The position numbers were made by a program, and so were the translations under genes. From a virus: DNA of 64,000 bases. Below, one piece after another: positions 17,627 to 26,669 of the stretch. Where the stretch lies: the IMG/VR virus record IMGVR_UViG_3300023174_000062; one strand, given 5' to 3'. Position 1 is the stretch's first letter; the number at the start of each line of letters is the position of its first letter. Below the pieces are notes generated by a model. That model was not told where the DNA came from. It searched no databases and saw nothing but the letters and a program-made list of their open reading frames with translations.

Positions 17627-17952
17627 ATGTATCAAACATAAATGATTATGTGAAAGGATGGTTTGTTGGTGACTTCAATCCATCTTTGTTTAAGAATCCA
17701 TTCTTTGAGATTGGGCATCATAAACATAAAAAGGGTGAGGAGACATTTCCACACTTTCATAAGGTTACAACAGAACTGAATTACATCGTCCGAGGAGAAC
17801 TTATTGCGTCAGGTAAACATCTCAAAGAAGGTGATATGTGGACGTATGAGAAGAACGAAGTTTCTGCTGTAGAATTTTTAACTGACGTTGAATTGATAGT
17901 GATTCGATGGCCTAGCATACCGAGTGACAAATATGAAGTTGATTGCACATAG
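17623..17952 (+). CDS. small cupin-fold protein
   Basis: KGWFVGDFNPS, HFHKVTTE, PSIPSDKY. Confidence 0.75.
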   Translation: MNVSNINDYVKGWFVGDFNPSLFKNPFFEIGHHKHKKGEETFPHFHKVTTELNYIVRGELIASGKHLKEGDMWTYEKNEVSAVEFLTDVELIVIRWPSIPSDKYEVDCT

Positions 17953-18388
17953 AGGATTGATGTTTGGTTCCGACAAGACAAACGAAAATGCACCATATCA
18001 AATTCAATCTGCGTTAGATAAAGGATTTGATGCTGAGATTGATTTGAGAATTGTCAATGACAAATTCTTTTTAGGGCACGATGATCCCACATACGAAATT
18101 GATCCCGAGTTTCTATACAAAAATGGACTGTGGATTCATGCTAAGAACTGGGAAGCACTAGAGTGGCTCTCAAATACGCAATTAAATTACTTTTGGCATC
18201 AAGAAGATTCATACACACTAACTAGCCATGGTATAGTGTGGGCATATCCAAATCAACCACTCATGGCAAAGAGTGTTTGTGTTATGCCAGAGAATCAAGG
18301 AATTAGTTTAGAATACGCATTTAATCTACCGATCTATGGCATATGCTCTGATTACGTAGGCGCTATTGACTATTTCAGAAAAAGATAG
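17933..18388 (+). CDS. glycerophosphodiester phosphodiesterase-like protein
   Basis: LIAHRG, EN, EIDL, LGHD, WIHAKN, GICSD. Confidence 0.8.
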   Translation: MKLIAHRGLMFGSDKTNENAPYQIQSALDKGFDAEIDLRIVNDKFFLGHDDPTYEIDPEFLYKNGLWIHAKNWEALEWLSNTQLNYFWHQEDSYTLTSHGIVWAYPNQPLMAKSVCVMPENQGISLEYAFNLPIYGICSDYVGAIDYFRKR

Positions 18389-18394
18389 TATAAT
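18366..18394 (+). promoter_or_regulatory. sigma70 promoter, with late-like ACTAAATA at 18403-18410
   Basis: TTGACT-17 bp-TATAAT. Confidence 0.75.
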
Positions 18395-18456
18395 TCACGT
18401 ATACTAAATAAAAGACCCACTAAACACTTGTGGGTTCTCAAAGAAAGGAAAAAGAT

Positions 18457-18978
18457 ATGAAACCACTTTTAGCGGCTGTAGTATTTCTATTAACTTTATT
18501 ATCTACACACACAATGGCAGGAGATCATCTTCCATCATTAGTAGAAATTTCAAATGCGGCAAACTCGGTAACCGCTCCAAAAAACTCTAGCAAATCAGAC
18601 CTTTACTGGATGACAATGAACATCTACTACGAAGCAGGTAGTGAACCTTTAATCGGTAAAATGGCAGTTGGTGCAGTTACTCTTAACAGATTGCATGACA
18701 GTAGATTTCCAAAAAACATTCGTGATGTTGTGACAGAACCACAACAATTCTCTTGGTACAATAGTAAGATCGCAAATACACCACCAGCAAATAACAAGAG
18801 ATGGAAAGAATGTTATGAAGTTGCGAAGATGCTCTTGACAAAAACTGCTGGAACTGATATAATTAAACTCTTAGAAGGCGCAACACACTTTCATGCCATT
18901 GATATTAAACCAGCATGGGCGGCAAGAAAGATAAAGGTTGCGACCATTGAGGGACACGTTTTTTATAGAATGAACTAA
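18457..18978 (+). CDS. SleB/Hydrolase_2 cell wall hydrolase with a predicted signal peptide
   Basis: MKPLLAAVVFLLTLLSTHTMA leader; NIYYEAGSEP, NR, QFSW, GATHFH, HVFY. Confidence 0.9.
   Translation: MKPLLAAVVFLLTLLSTHTMAGDHLPSLVEISNAANSVTAPKNSSKSDLYWMTMNIYYEAGSEPLIGKMAVGAVTLNRLHDSRFPKNIRDVVTEPQQFSWYNSKIANTPPANNKRWKECYEVAKMLLTKTAGTDIIKLLEGATHFHAIDIKPAWAARKIKVATIEGHVFYRMN
18835..18863 (+). promoter_or_regulatory. consensus sigma70 promoter inside the hydrolase CDS
   Basis: TTGACA-17 bp-TATAAT plus extended -10 TG. Confidence 0.8.
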
Positions 18979-18987
18979 GGACTTGAT

Positions 18988-19179
18988 ATGAATATTATGC
19001 GTACTAAAATTGAAATGAAAACAAATCAGCGTAGAACTGGATACCCTTCCAGTTACTACGCAACAGAGAAAGAAGTTTCTAATCCGAACTTTCGTTCTGC
19101 TAAACCTGCTGTCAAACTAAATGAATTTGGACACTACCGAAATGGTAGAATCACATCGGTACGATCATATGAGTCTTAA
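18988..19179 (+). CDS. small basic hypothetical protein
   Basis: TAAGGA SD; 63-aa ORF. Confidence 0.6.
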   Translation: MNIMRTKIEMKTNQRRTGYPSSYYATEKEVSNPNFRSAKPAVKLNEFGHYRNGRITSVRSYES

Positions 19180-19408
19180 AATCTTAACTCAAAAGGAGTT
19201 TGAGTCTGAGATTAAGCAAGTACAACGAGATAAGCATCCTATCACAATGATTGATGCTATTCTAGAATACTGCACTCAGAAAAATATTGAAGTTGAAACT
19301 GCGGCATCTTTAATTACTCCTCGCATGAAATCTGCTATTGAAGGTGAAGCGATGAAGTTAAAGATGATTGCACCAAAAGCAAGATTGCCTATTGAGGTGG
19401 ATGAGTAA
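19169..19408 (+). CDS. gp33: late transcription coactivator (start corrected to 19169)
   Basis: FESEI...MIDAILEYC...IEVETAASLI...EA...LP pattern; 33-59-32 synteny. Confidence 0.85.
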   Translation: MSLKILTQKEFESEIKQVQRDKHPITMIDAILEYCTQKNIEVETAASLITPRMKSAIEGEAMKLKMIAPKARLPIEVDE

Positions 19409-20004
19409 TGAAGATGGATGCTATAGACGCATACAAAGTTTACTTAGGAATTAAAAATCATTTTACGTTAGACAGTTACGATTGGTTCAAGTACAACAAG
19501 AAGGTCAATGTCACATACGATTCTTTTTTGAAACGTAAAGACAAAATCTTTTTTGCTAAACTTGGCAATCGTAAAGATGCTTACTTAGAAGAGTTTTTAG
19601 TTTCTAATTTCATGCACGACACAAAAATGTGGGTCGGTGAACTTCTGTCTGAAGAGTGTGAAGAACGCTACAAAGAATGGAAACGTAGGCAAGAATCTTT
19701 GACGTATGTATTTAAAAATGAGATGGATTTTATCTCTGGTTGGAAGCCAGACGAACTGAATGAATTTTTTAATGCTAAAGGTGGCGACCATCCACCAATC
19801 ATCAAGAAATATTTAAGAGGAGAAATCAGTCTGGAGACACTAGCAATATTGAATTCACTATTGCATTTTGTCAAAAGGTATGATACAATGATACATGATC
19901 CAATCTACAAAGAGGTAAGCAAGTTATGCAAAAAGTACCAGCCCTTTTTAAATTACGATACGGCAAGGATGAAAAAGTCACTCAGAGAATTAGTAGTGAC
20001 GTAG
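19408..20004 (+). CDS. gp59: helicase loader
   Basis: YLGIKNHFT..YDWFKY, KRKDKIFF, ISLET, KYQPFL. Confidence 0.9.
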   Translation: MKMDAIDAYKVYLGIKNHFTLDSYDWFKYNKKVNVTYDSFLKRKDKIFFAKLGNRKDAYLEEFLVSNFMHDTKMWVGELLSEECEERYKEWKRRQESLTYVFKNEMDFISGWKPDELNEFFNAKGGDHPPIIKKYLRGEISLETLAILNSLLHFVKRYDTMIHDPIYKEVSKLCKKYQPFLNYDTARMKKSLRELVVT

Positions 20005-20042
20005 TGGCAGTAATGCGTAAACCTAGTAAGGTTTGCCGACTA

Positions 20043-20071
20043 TTGACACCTGTAGAGAATTATGATAGACT
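20043..20071 (+). promoter_or_regulatory. sigma70-type promoter of gene 32
   Basis: TTGACA-17 bp-TAGACT with extended -10 TG. Confidence 0.75.
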
Positions 20072-20149
20072 ATATACTATAGTAGATTATGATAAAAGTG
20101 GACAAGCAAAACATACATTTAATACTTAACATACAAGGAATATACTAAT

Positions 20150-21067
20150 ATGGCATCAACATCATTTGCAGATTTGAAAAAGTCACGCACCAAAGATTTG
20201 GAAAAACTCACAGACGCAGTTTCCAAACTCACTAATAAAGAAGAAGGTAAAAAGTCTTATGAAGACACCCGATTCTGGAAACCCACAGTAGACAAAGCAG
20301 GTAACGGTTTCGCAACGATCCGTTTTCTTCCCGCACCAGCAGGCGAAGATGTGCCTTGGGTTCAAGTTTTCAATCATTCATTCCAAGGTCCTGGTGGATG
20401 GTACATTGAAAATTCGTTGACTACACTCAACAAGAAAGACCCTGTGTCTGAACACAATAGCATCCTTTGGAACTCTGGTTCTGATGCTAACAAAGATATT
20501 GCACGTAAGCAAAAGCGTAAGTTGCAGTATATCGCAAACATCTATGTTATCAAGGATCCTGCAAATCCTGATAATGACGGAACAGTTAAATTGTTCAAAT
20601 TCGGTAAGAAAATTTTTGACAAGTTGAATGACTTGATGAATCCTGAGTTTGAAGATGAAACTCCTGTCAATCCATTCGACCTTTGGGAAGGTGCGAACTT
20701 CAAGTTGAAGATTCGTAAAGTTGAAGGTTATCAGAACTATGATAAGTCTGAGTTTGAATCACCAGCACCTTTGTCTGGTGATGAAGATGACTTGGAACGC
20801 ATTTGGAAACAAGAACACAGTTTGTCTGAATTCTTAAGCGAAAAGAACTTCAAGTCTTATGATGAATTGAAAGCACGTTTGAACAAAGTGCTTGGTCTTG
20901 AAGATGGTTCTGCTGGAGATAACTATTACTCTACTAAACCTAATGTGCCAGTTACTGCTTCAACAGCAAAACCTGCGCCAGCACCTGCTAAGAAACCTAC
21001 AGTTGCAGACTCAGTTGATGATGACGATGAAGATTTGAGTTATTTTGAGAAGTTGGCTGAAGATTAA
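20150..21067 (+). CDS. gp32: single-stranded DNA-binding protein
   Basis: DKAGNGFATIRFLP, GGWYIENSLTT, FGKKIFDK, GANFKLK, YQNYDKSEF, acidic tail. Confidence 0.97.
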   Translation: MASTSFADLKKSRTKDLEKLTDAVSKLTNKEEGKKSYEDTRFWKPTVDKAGNGFATIRFLPAPAGEDVPWVQVFNHSFQGPGGWYIENSLTTLNKKDPVSEHNSILWNSGSDANKDIARKQKRKLQYIANIYVIKDPANPDNDGTVKLFKFGKKIFDKLNDLMNPEFEDETPVNPFDLWEGANFKLKIRKVEGYQNYDKSEFESPAPLSGDEDDLERIWKQEHSLSEFLSEKNFKSYDELKARLNKVLGLEDGSAGDNYYSTKPNVPVTASTAKPAPAPAKKPTVADSVDDDDEDLSYFEKLAED

Positions 21068-21095
21068 TTTTTTGTAATCTCTCCTGTGAGACTTT

Positions 21096-21125
21096 AGGGA
21101 AGCAATAAAATGCTTCCCTTTTTTT
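21096..21125 (+). terminator. intrinsic terminator between convergent operons
   Basis: AGGGAAGCA-ATAAAA-TGCTTCCCT followed by a T run. Confidence 0.88.
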
Positions 21126-21127
21126 CG

Positions 21128-24100
21128 TCAACCAACTACTCCAACTTGATTGGTTGTTGATCTAACAATGTCAGTTACAGTACTCAATGAATTATAGAAG
21201 TTAGTCACACTAGAGTTATCAATCTTTGCACCACCAACAACAGTATTGTTTGTTGATCCTGTACCACCAGAACCGGTTGGAGTTGGAGGCGGTAATAATA
21301 CGTTTGCTGGTCTAGTCGTACCGGCAACAGCACTACTTACGAAATCCTCAGTAGTTAATCCAGTAGATGTTCCTTCAATGTCATACACTGGTCGACCACC
21401 TGCATCTAGAACTAATGCGCCAGGATATTTGTTTTCAATAAATTTACCATCCTTCACACTCCACACCATAGGAACACCACCAGCGGTGGCTTGTTTAGTT
21501 ATAACCCGGTCTCTGCCATTTCGATATTCGGTATCGTTAGGATCAAAATCATATTCGGCTTCTGTTGCTTCTGTCGTATACGCTTTGTTTCTATTGGCCG
21601 CAGTTATCAAATCACCAATACGTTGAGATTCAGCAACGTTATCTGCGTATATACCTTTTTCAATTGATGTATCTAATTTATATTTACCGGTTTTTAAATC
21701 TTGTACAAGTCCAGAACTCAATGTATTTAATGAATAATCTCCCAATGCATCTGCGGTTTTATCTAATCTACTTAAATTCTCTGCACTTGCGGTCTTTTTA
21801 AATTCATCTCTAACCAAACTAATAATATCTGTCGCATATGTGTTTAAATTTGTACTTTCAGTTAATGCATCCCAACGTTTGACTTCTTGTGCATTATCGT
21901 CAATAAGTGTGGCTGGATTTGGTGCGCCTTTGCCCCAAAGCATTGAAACTCTATCGTGTTGAACTTTCATGTACACCCAATCATATGGTGCAGGTGTATT
22001 TGTAATTTTTTCAGAAGTCTTTGTTGCATTGAATGCAACTCTTAACAATCCATATGCAACTGTTTTATACACATCAGGAGGTGCATGATAATCAACTGTC
22101 TCGTATATAGGCGCAATTGCATTGATGTTATTATTTCCTGTAATGTAGATAGCCGCATGAAATTGCGGTAATTTAGGTGGAGGTCCACCGCCGCCTCCAC
22201 CGCCACCGTATCCATCAAATATTACAAATGCCGCCACCACCGCCAGAGCCGCCCAACCAACAGGACCCAATGCCATCGCCTCAGGCGCCACAGTCGCAAG
22301 GCCTTCTGTGGCTAGCGCAGTTTCTGCGACAACTGGTGCAGTCGATGCGGCCGCACTACCACCAAACATTTCCATACCCGTAAGAGCGCCAGGCTGAAGT
22401 GGACCCACAAAAGTCGCAGGTGTAAACCCTGCCATACCAAGTTGTGCGCCACTATAAAAATTGCTGGCTAGAGCCATAGGCGTAGCACCAAATACTGCTG
22501 TAGATGCCGCACCAATTGCTTGATTGATCGCAAAACTCTTCAACATACTGCCGCCAATAGCAGTCACGTAATCCATCGTTGATGGTTTTGGTGCTGATGA
22601 TCTAGAAACACCTTGTCGTACTACAGCACCACCAGAGCCACCACCACTAGAAACGCTTCCTCCACCAGCCGGTCCTAGTCCAATATCCCATGAAGCGCCA
22701 CTATAACTAGAAACTGATGTTCCCGAACCAGTACCCCCACCAGAAAGTCTTAATAGTGAATTATCAATACTTGTGAGTAAAGTTGTTTGGTCACCCAATG
22801 CACTTATTTGCTTATCTGTTCCTAAAGCAGTAGATAATGCTTTTACTGATCCTGGCGTGCTTGATGTTCCGTCTGCGTATTTTGTAAGGTTTAATGCATC
22901 TAGCAGAGGTCTATACTTTTTAGTTGCGCCTGCATTGACAATAAACTCACCATTAGACAACATTGCAGGTATTGAATCTGATCTTCCAGTTCCTGGACCT
23001 GTAATAAGACCACCATCAGCAAATCCGAAGAAACTTAAAATAGAAGAACCTGCGTCCTTCAAAAACGGCATGGCAGTATCTGTTAGAAAACTGCCAGCAC
23101 TATTCATTAAAGTGTCACCAATTCCACCTGATTTCATTAAATAATCAACACCCATGTTCAAACCTTTTTGAATTGCAAAGTTTGCAATCATCTGCATGTA
23201 TGGGTTCTTAATGTCTTTAGTCAACTGCTGGCCAGCATAGTTTTTGGCCATGTCAAATGCAAAGTTTCCTATCTCTTGCATACCACTAAGTGGGCCGACA
23301 TTTCCTTTCTCATCGACTTTGCCGCCAAATAGTTGACCAGATTTTCTTACTACATCTCCCTCTTTCATGCCCTCTGGTTTTGAACCACTTCCGCCGGTTC
23401 CTGCGGCCTTTTCGACCGCAACAACTATGCTATCAGCGCCATTCTTTGTTACATATGCATTTGCTTCTTTTTCTGCGTCCGATCTTACTTTGGCCGCTTC
23501 ATCGCTTTTTTGTTGCTGTTCTAACTGTTGCGCTTGTCTTTCGGCAGCCGCTTTGATTGTTTCAGCATGAAACTTGGCGTTTTTATCTGCATCTTGTTTC
23601 ATCAATTCAATTTGTATGTCAGCCTTTTGGTCATTACCTGCTTTATCTTTCATGTACTCTTGCTCAGTCAAATTGAGTATTTGTCGTTTGGATGGTGCGA
23701 CCATTTTACCCGTATCAGGATCAACAACTTGTCTGTATGCAGATGCGGCGCCGGCGCTGGTGTAGGTGCCGTTTACAATATTTCTAGGACCAGTAGGACC
23801 ATATGGATACTGAAAGTTATCATATTTTCCTAAAACATTTGTTTGGTTTACAGGTGCACCATAGTTTCCTGATGCTTTGATATCTGCGGCTGTGGCTTCT
23901 CTTCCGCTATCAGCGTATACGTATGCACCTGTGCCGTTAGCGCCTGCTCTTGGATTCCAAATTACAGATTTGTTTCTATCATTTGCACCCATTAATGATG
24001 CAAATGGCTGAGTCACTTGTTCACCTAATACTGAAGAAAAGTATTGAATACCTTCTGCTGGATTTTTAAATCCATACTTAGCAAAAAGAGTTTCTGGACC

Positions 24101-26662
24101 TAATGCAATACCACTTTCTTTACCACCAGATGCACCATATAGTAATTGTTCTAATGCTAACTTTTTATTTCCTGCGGCAAAATTACCAAGAACTTGTCCA
24201 GTAATCGTTTGTGTTTCTTGTGCGCCTAATCCGCCTATGCCTTGAAAAATTGCATTTCCAGCAACTCTCGAACCAACCTCTAAGTAACCTTGTGCAAGAT
24301 TATTGAACAAAGGCGCAAACATTGGTCCATACTGTTTGCCTAGAAGTTTAGTTGTTGCTTCATTAATTACTTCGTTTGTGCCAAAAATCTTTTGAAGTTG
24401 TTGACCACGATAGTTGTCATCTCGTCCTGCTGTGCCAGCATCAACACCAAACCCTTCAGGAAATAAACCTTTTGTTATTGCTTGTTGGAATGCGCTAGTT
24501 GCAGTTTGTCTAAACTGTTGTAAAAACGTTTTGTTTGTTTCTGCTATAATGTCACTATTGTTTCTGAATAGTGGTTTTAATGCCTTTGTTTGTCGTGCGA
24601 TTCCATCATTGACAACATTCGACCTTATAGGAGCCCCACTAGAAATATTATATCCACCTGCCTTGGCGGCGGCCTTTCGATCTTTAGCGGCTTTCTCATC
24701 AATAACAGGTATTGGCTCATTGGTATCTATGTTTGTACCACCGCCACCTCCACCGAGATTAAATCCAGGACCAGCGGCTAGTTGAATACCTGGACCATAT
24801 TTATTTTTATCGTACGGTACAGAAAATGCGGCTATTAGTTGATCTAATATCGGATCGCCAGTGCCGCCAGTGCCACTAACTCCCAAACCTTTATAATAAT
24901 TGTCGGCTTCTTTATTGCTTATTTTTGCTCCCGGTGGTTTCTTTTTTCCGGTATCATCTTCTTTTTTTGGTGGTGCAACTGGAACATTACCAGTACTAGG
25001 TTTCTTATTGTTTTCAGATGTTTGAGGACCAACGCTGGAATTATTTCCTCCAATTTTTCTGGCCATTATTTCGTACACTTCACTCAATGTACGTGGTTGT
25101 GTTCGGGCTTTATCTTTATAAAAAATATCAGGATTAGCATCGGCGGCCGCAGGATCAACATTCGCCGCTAAAAGATTTGGGTTATTTTTTAATATCGTTA
25201 AAAATCGAATTGCGCCTGAGTTATTCCCACCTAATCCCAAAAAGTGTGCCATGTACAAGTCGGCTTGAGTAGGGTCACGTCCTAAACTTGTTTTTAATCC
25301 TATACGATTTTGTTCTGTGAAATATTCTGCAACTTTTTTGGCTTTAGTAGGATCAAATCTATTTTTGTCATCCATGTAATCAGCGCCTTCTTTTTCACTT
25401 AAGACGCCAGCCTTTATCATACTGTTAACAGTTCCCTTCCAAGTACCTTGTACTGTTTCTCCTTTTTTATTTTTATAATCACCTAAGAATTGATACAAGC
25501 CTGCCGCAGTAGATTTATTATTTTTGGCACTAGAATCATTATTTGATTCTGCTCTAGCCAAATTAGCAAGATAGTTGTTGGGCGTAACGGCTTTTGGAGT
25601 GCCATCTGGATTGTGAGTTTTTTCCCAGTCTTTTTTCCAATCTCTTTGTCTATTCGGTAATGACAATGGAGATGATGCGATTTTTTCTTGATTTACTTTA
25701 TTCTGTGCTTCTTGTGCTTTGGTTAAAAGTTCTGCTTGTTTAACTTTATCTTTTTCTAATCTCGCCTGTTCTCGGTATGCCTTTGCTTCGTCTGCATAAG
25801 TTTTTGTAGGCATCGGTGCAACAGATGTATTATTGTCTCTCGCTTGTTGTTTTTGTTTTTCTTCTGTTTTTTTACTATAATAAAACAATGATCCAAGTCC
25901 AAGGGCAGCCAAGCCAATAGGATTCATTATCAAAGTACGTAGTGCAGTTGTCACTATCGTTCTAAGTGCGGCCGCCAGTCCTGTTCCTATAGACGCAAGA
26001 AAAGTTCCGCCAGCAATAGCGGCATTAACTGCGGCTCCAGTAAGAGGCGATGCGACTATACGTGCCAACATACTAGCAATTTGTTTTCTGAATAAAACAG
26101 CAAGACCACCAAGAGCCAATTCTTTGCCGTAGTCTCCTATAAGACCACCTAGCCCTCCACCTTCACCGCCTTCAGTATTTTTATTTTTTCCTCCACCACC
26201 AAAACCGGCACCAAGGTTTTTAATTGCTTTCAGTAATTCATCATCACGAAATGCTTGTTCATTTGCGGCTTCTTCTGCAAATTGATCTTTTCTTTTTTGA
26301 TCTGCAATTTGAAATGCAATAAGTTTAGATTGACTTGCAACAGCATCGTTCAGTTGTTTTAATTGACGAACTTGTTCTATATTAATAACGTTTGATTTAT
26401 TTTGACCAGCAACAAGAGATACACTTGCGGCTAGGCCGCCCATTGCAGAACTAGTGCTGGTTGGAGGTGGTGTGCCGCCAGGTTGCATTTTCGGTGCGTT
26501 GGCACGTTTACTTAATTCTTTACCAAATGCCATTCCCGCAGTAACAGCAGGCATCTCTCTAAGAACTGCACCTTTCAATCCACCAACTAATGCTTTTCCC
26601 GCACCAAGTGCGGCATCTTTTGCCATGCCTCCTAGTGCGCCTCTGTATCCTATTGTTGCCAT
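21128..26662 (-). CDS. tape measure / baseplate hub protein (gp29 position) with an internal lytic transglycosylase-like domain
   Basis: 1844 aa, Ala/Gly-rich with hydrophobic segments; LARAES...AAGLYQFL...LYMAHFLG; FADGGLITGPGTGRSDSIPAMLSNGEFIVNA; downstream of gp26/gp51. Confidence 0.75.
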   Translation of the reverse strand: MATIGYRGALGGMAKDAALGAGKALVGGLKGAVLREMPAVTAGMAFGKELSKRANAPKMQPGGTPPPTSTSSAMGGLAASVSLVAGQNKSNVINIEQVRQLKQLNDAVASQSKLIAFQIADQKRKDQFAEEAANEQAFRDDELLKAIKNLGAGFGGGGKNKNTEGGEGGGLGGLIGDYGKELALGGLAVLFRKQIASMLARIVASPLTGAAVNAAIAGGTFLASIGTGLAAALRTIVTTALRTLIMNPIGLAALGLGSLFYYSKKTEEKQKQQARDNNTSVAPMPTKTYADEAKAYREQARLEKDKVKQAELLTKAQEAQNKVNQEKIASSPLSLPNRQRDWKKDWEKTHNPDGTPKAVTPNNYLANLARAESNNDSSAKNNKSTAAGLYQFLGDYKNKKGETVQGTWKGTVNSMIKAGVLSEKEGADYMDDKNRFDPTKAKKVAEYFTEQNRIGLKTSLGRDPTQADLYMAHFLGLGGNNSGAIRFLTILKNNPNLLAANVDPAAADANPDIFYKDKARTQPRTLSEVYEIMARKIGGNNSSVGPQTSENNKKPSTGNVPVAPPKKEDDTGKKKPPGAKISNKEADNYYKGLGVSGTGGTGDPILDQLIAAFSVPYDKNKYGPGIQLAAGPGFNLGGGGGGTNIDTNEPIPVIDEKAAKDRKAAAKAGGYNISSGAPIRSNVVNDGIARQTKALKPLFRNNSDIIAETNKTFLQQFRQTATSAFQQAITKGLFPEGFGVDAGTAGRDDNYRGQQLQKIFGTNEVINEATTKLLGKQYGPMFAPLFNNLAQGYLEVGSRVAGNAIFQGIGGLGAQETQTITGQVLGNFAAGNKKLALEQLLYGASGGKESGIALGPETLFAKYGFKNPAEGIQYFSSVLGEQVTQPFASLMGANDRNKSVIWNPRAGANGTGAYVYADSGREATAADIKASGNYGAPVNQTNVLGKYDNFQYPYGPTGPRNIVNGTYTSAGAASAYRQVVDPDTGKMVAPSKRQILNLTEQEYMKDKAGNDQKADIQIELMKQDADKNAKFHAETIKAAAERQAQQLEQQQKSDEAAKVRSDAEKEANAYVTKNGADSIVVAVEKAAGTGGSGSKPEGMKEGDVVRKSGQLFGGKVDEKGNVGPLSGMQEIGNFAFDMAKNYAGQQLTKDIKNPYMQMIANFAIQKGLNMGVDYLMKSGGIGDTLMNSAGSFLTDTAMPFLKDAGSSILSFFGFADGGLITGPGTGRSDSIPAMLSNGEFIVNAGATKKYRPLLDALNLTKYADGTSSTPGSVKALSTALGTDKQISALGDQTTLLTSIDNSLLRLSGGGTGSGTSVSSYSGASWDIGLGPAGGGSVSSGGGSGGAVVRQGVSRSSAPKPSTMDYVTAIGGSMLKSFAINQAIGAASTAVFGATPMALASNFYSGAQLGMAGFTPATFVGPLQPGALTGMEMFGGSAAASTAPVVAETALATEGLATVAPEAMALGPVGWAALAVVAAFVIFDGYGGGGGGGGPPPKLPQFHAAIYITGNNNINAIAPIYETVDYHAPPDVYKTVAYGLLRVAFNATKTSEKITNTPAPYDWVYMKVQHDRVSMLWGKGAPNPATLIDDNAQEVKRWDALTESTNLNTYATDIISLVRDEFKKTASAENLSRLDKTADALGDYSLNTLSSGLVQDLKTGKYKLDTSIEKGIYADNVAESQRIGDLITAANRNKAYTTEATEAEYDFDPNDTEYRNGRDRVITKQATAGGVPMVWSVKDGKFIENKYPGALVLDAGGRPVYDIEGTSTGLTTEDFVSSAVAGTTRPANVLLPPPTPTGSGGTGSTNNTVVGGAKIDNSSVTNFYNSLSTVTDIVRSTTNQVGVVG

Positions 26663-26669
26663 ATATTAA

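Noticed and set aside
18414-18438. T4 lysozyme-style RBS-occluding hairpin upstream of the hydrolase
   Set aside because: The GACCCAC/GTGGGTT hairpin is present but ends before the AAGGA SD, so occlusion is not supported.
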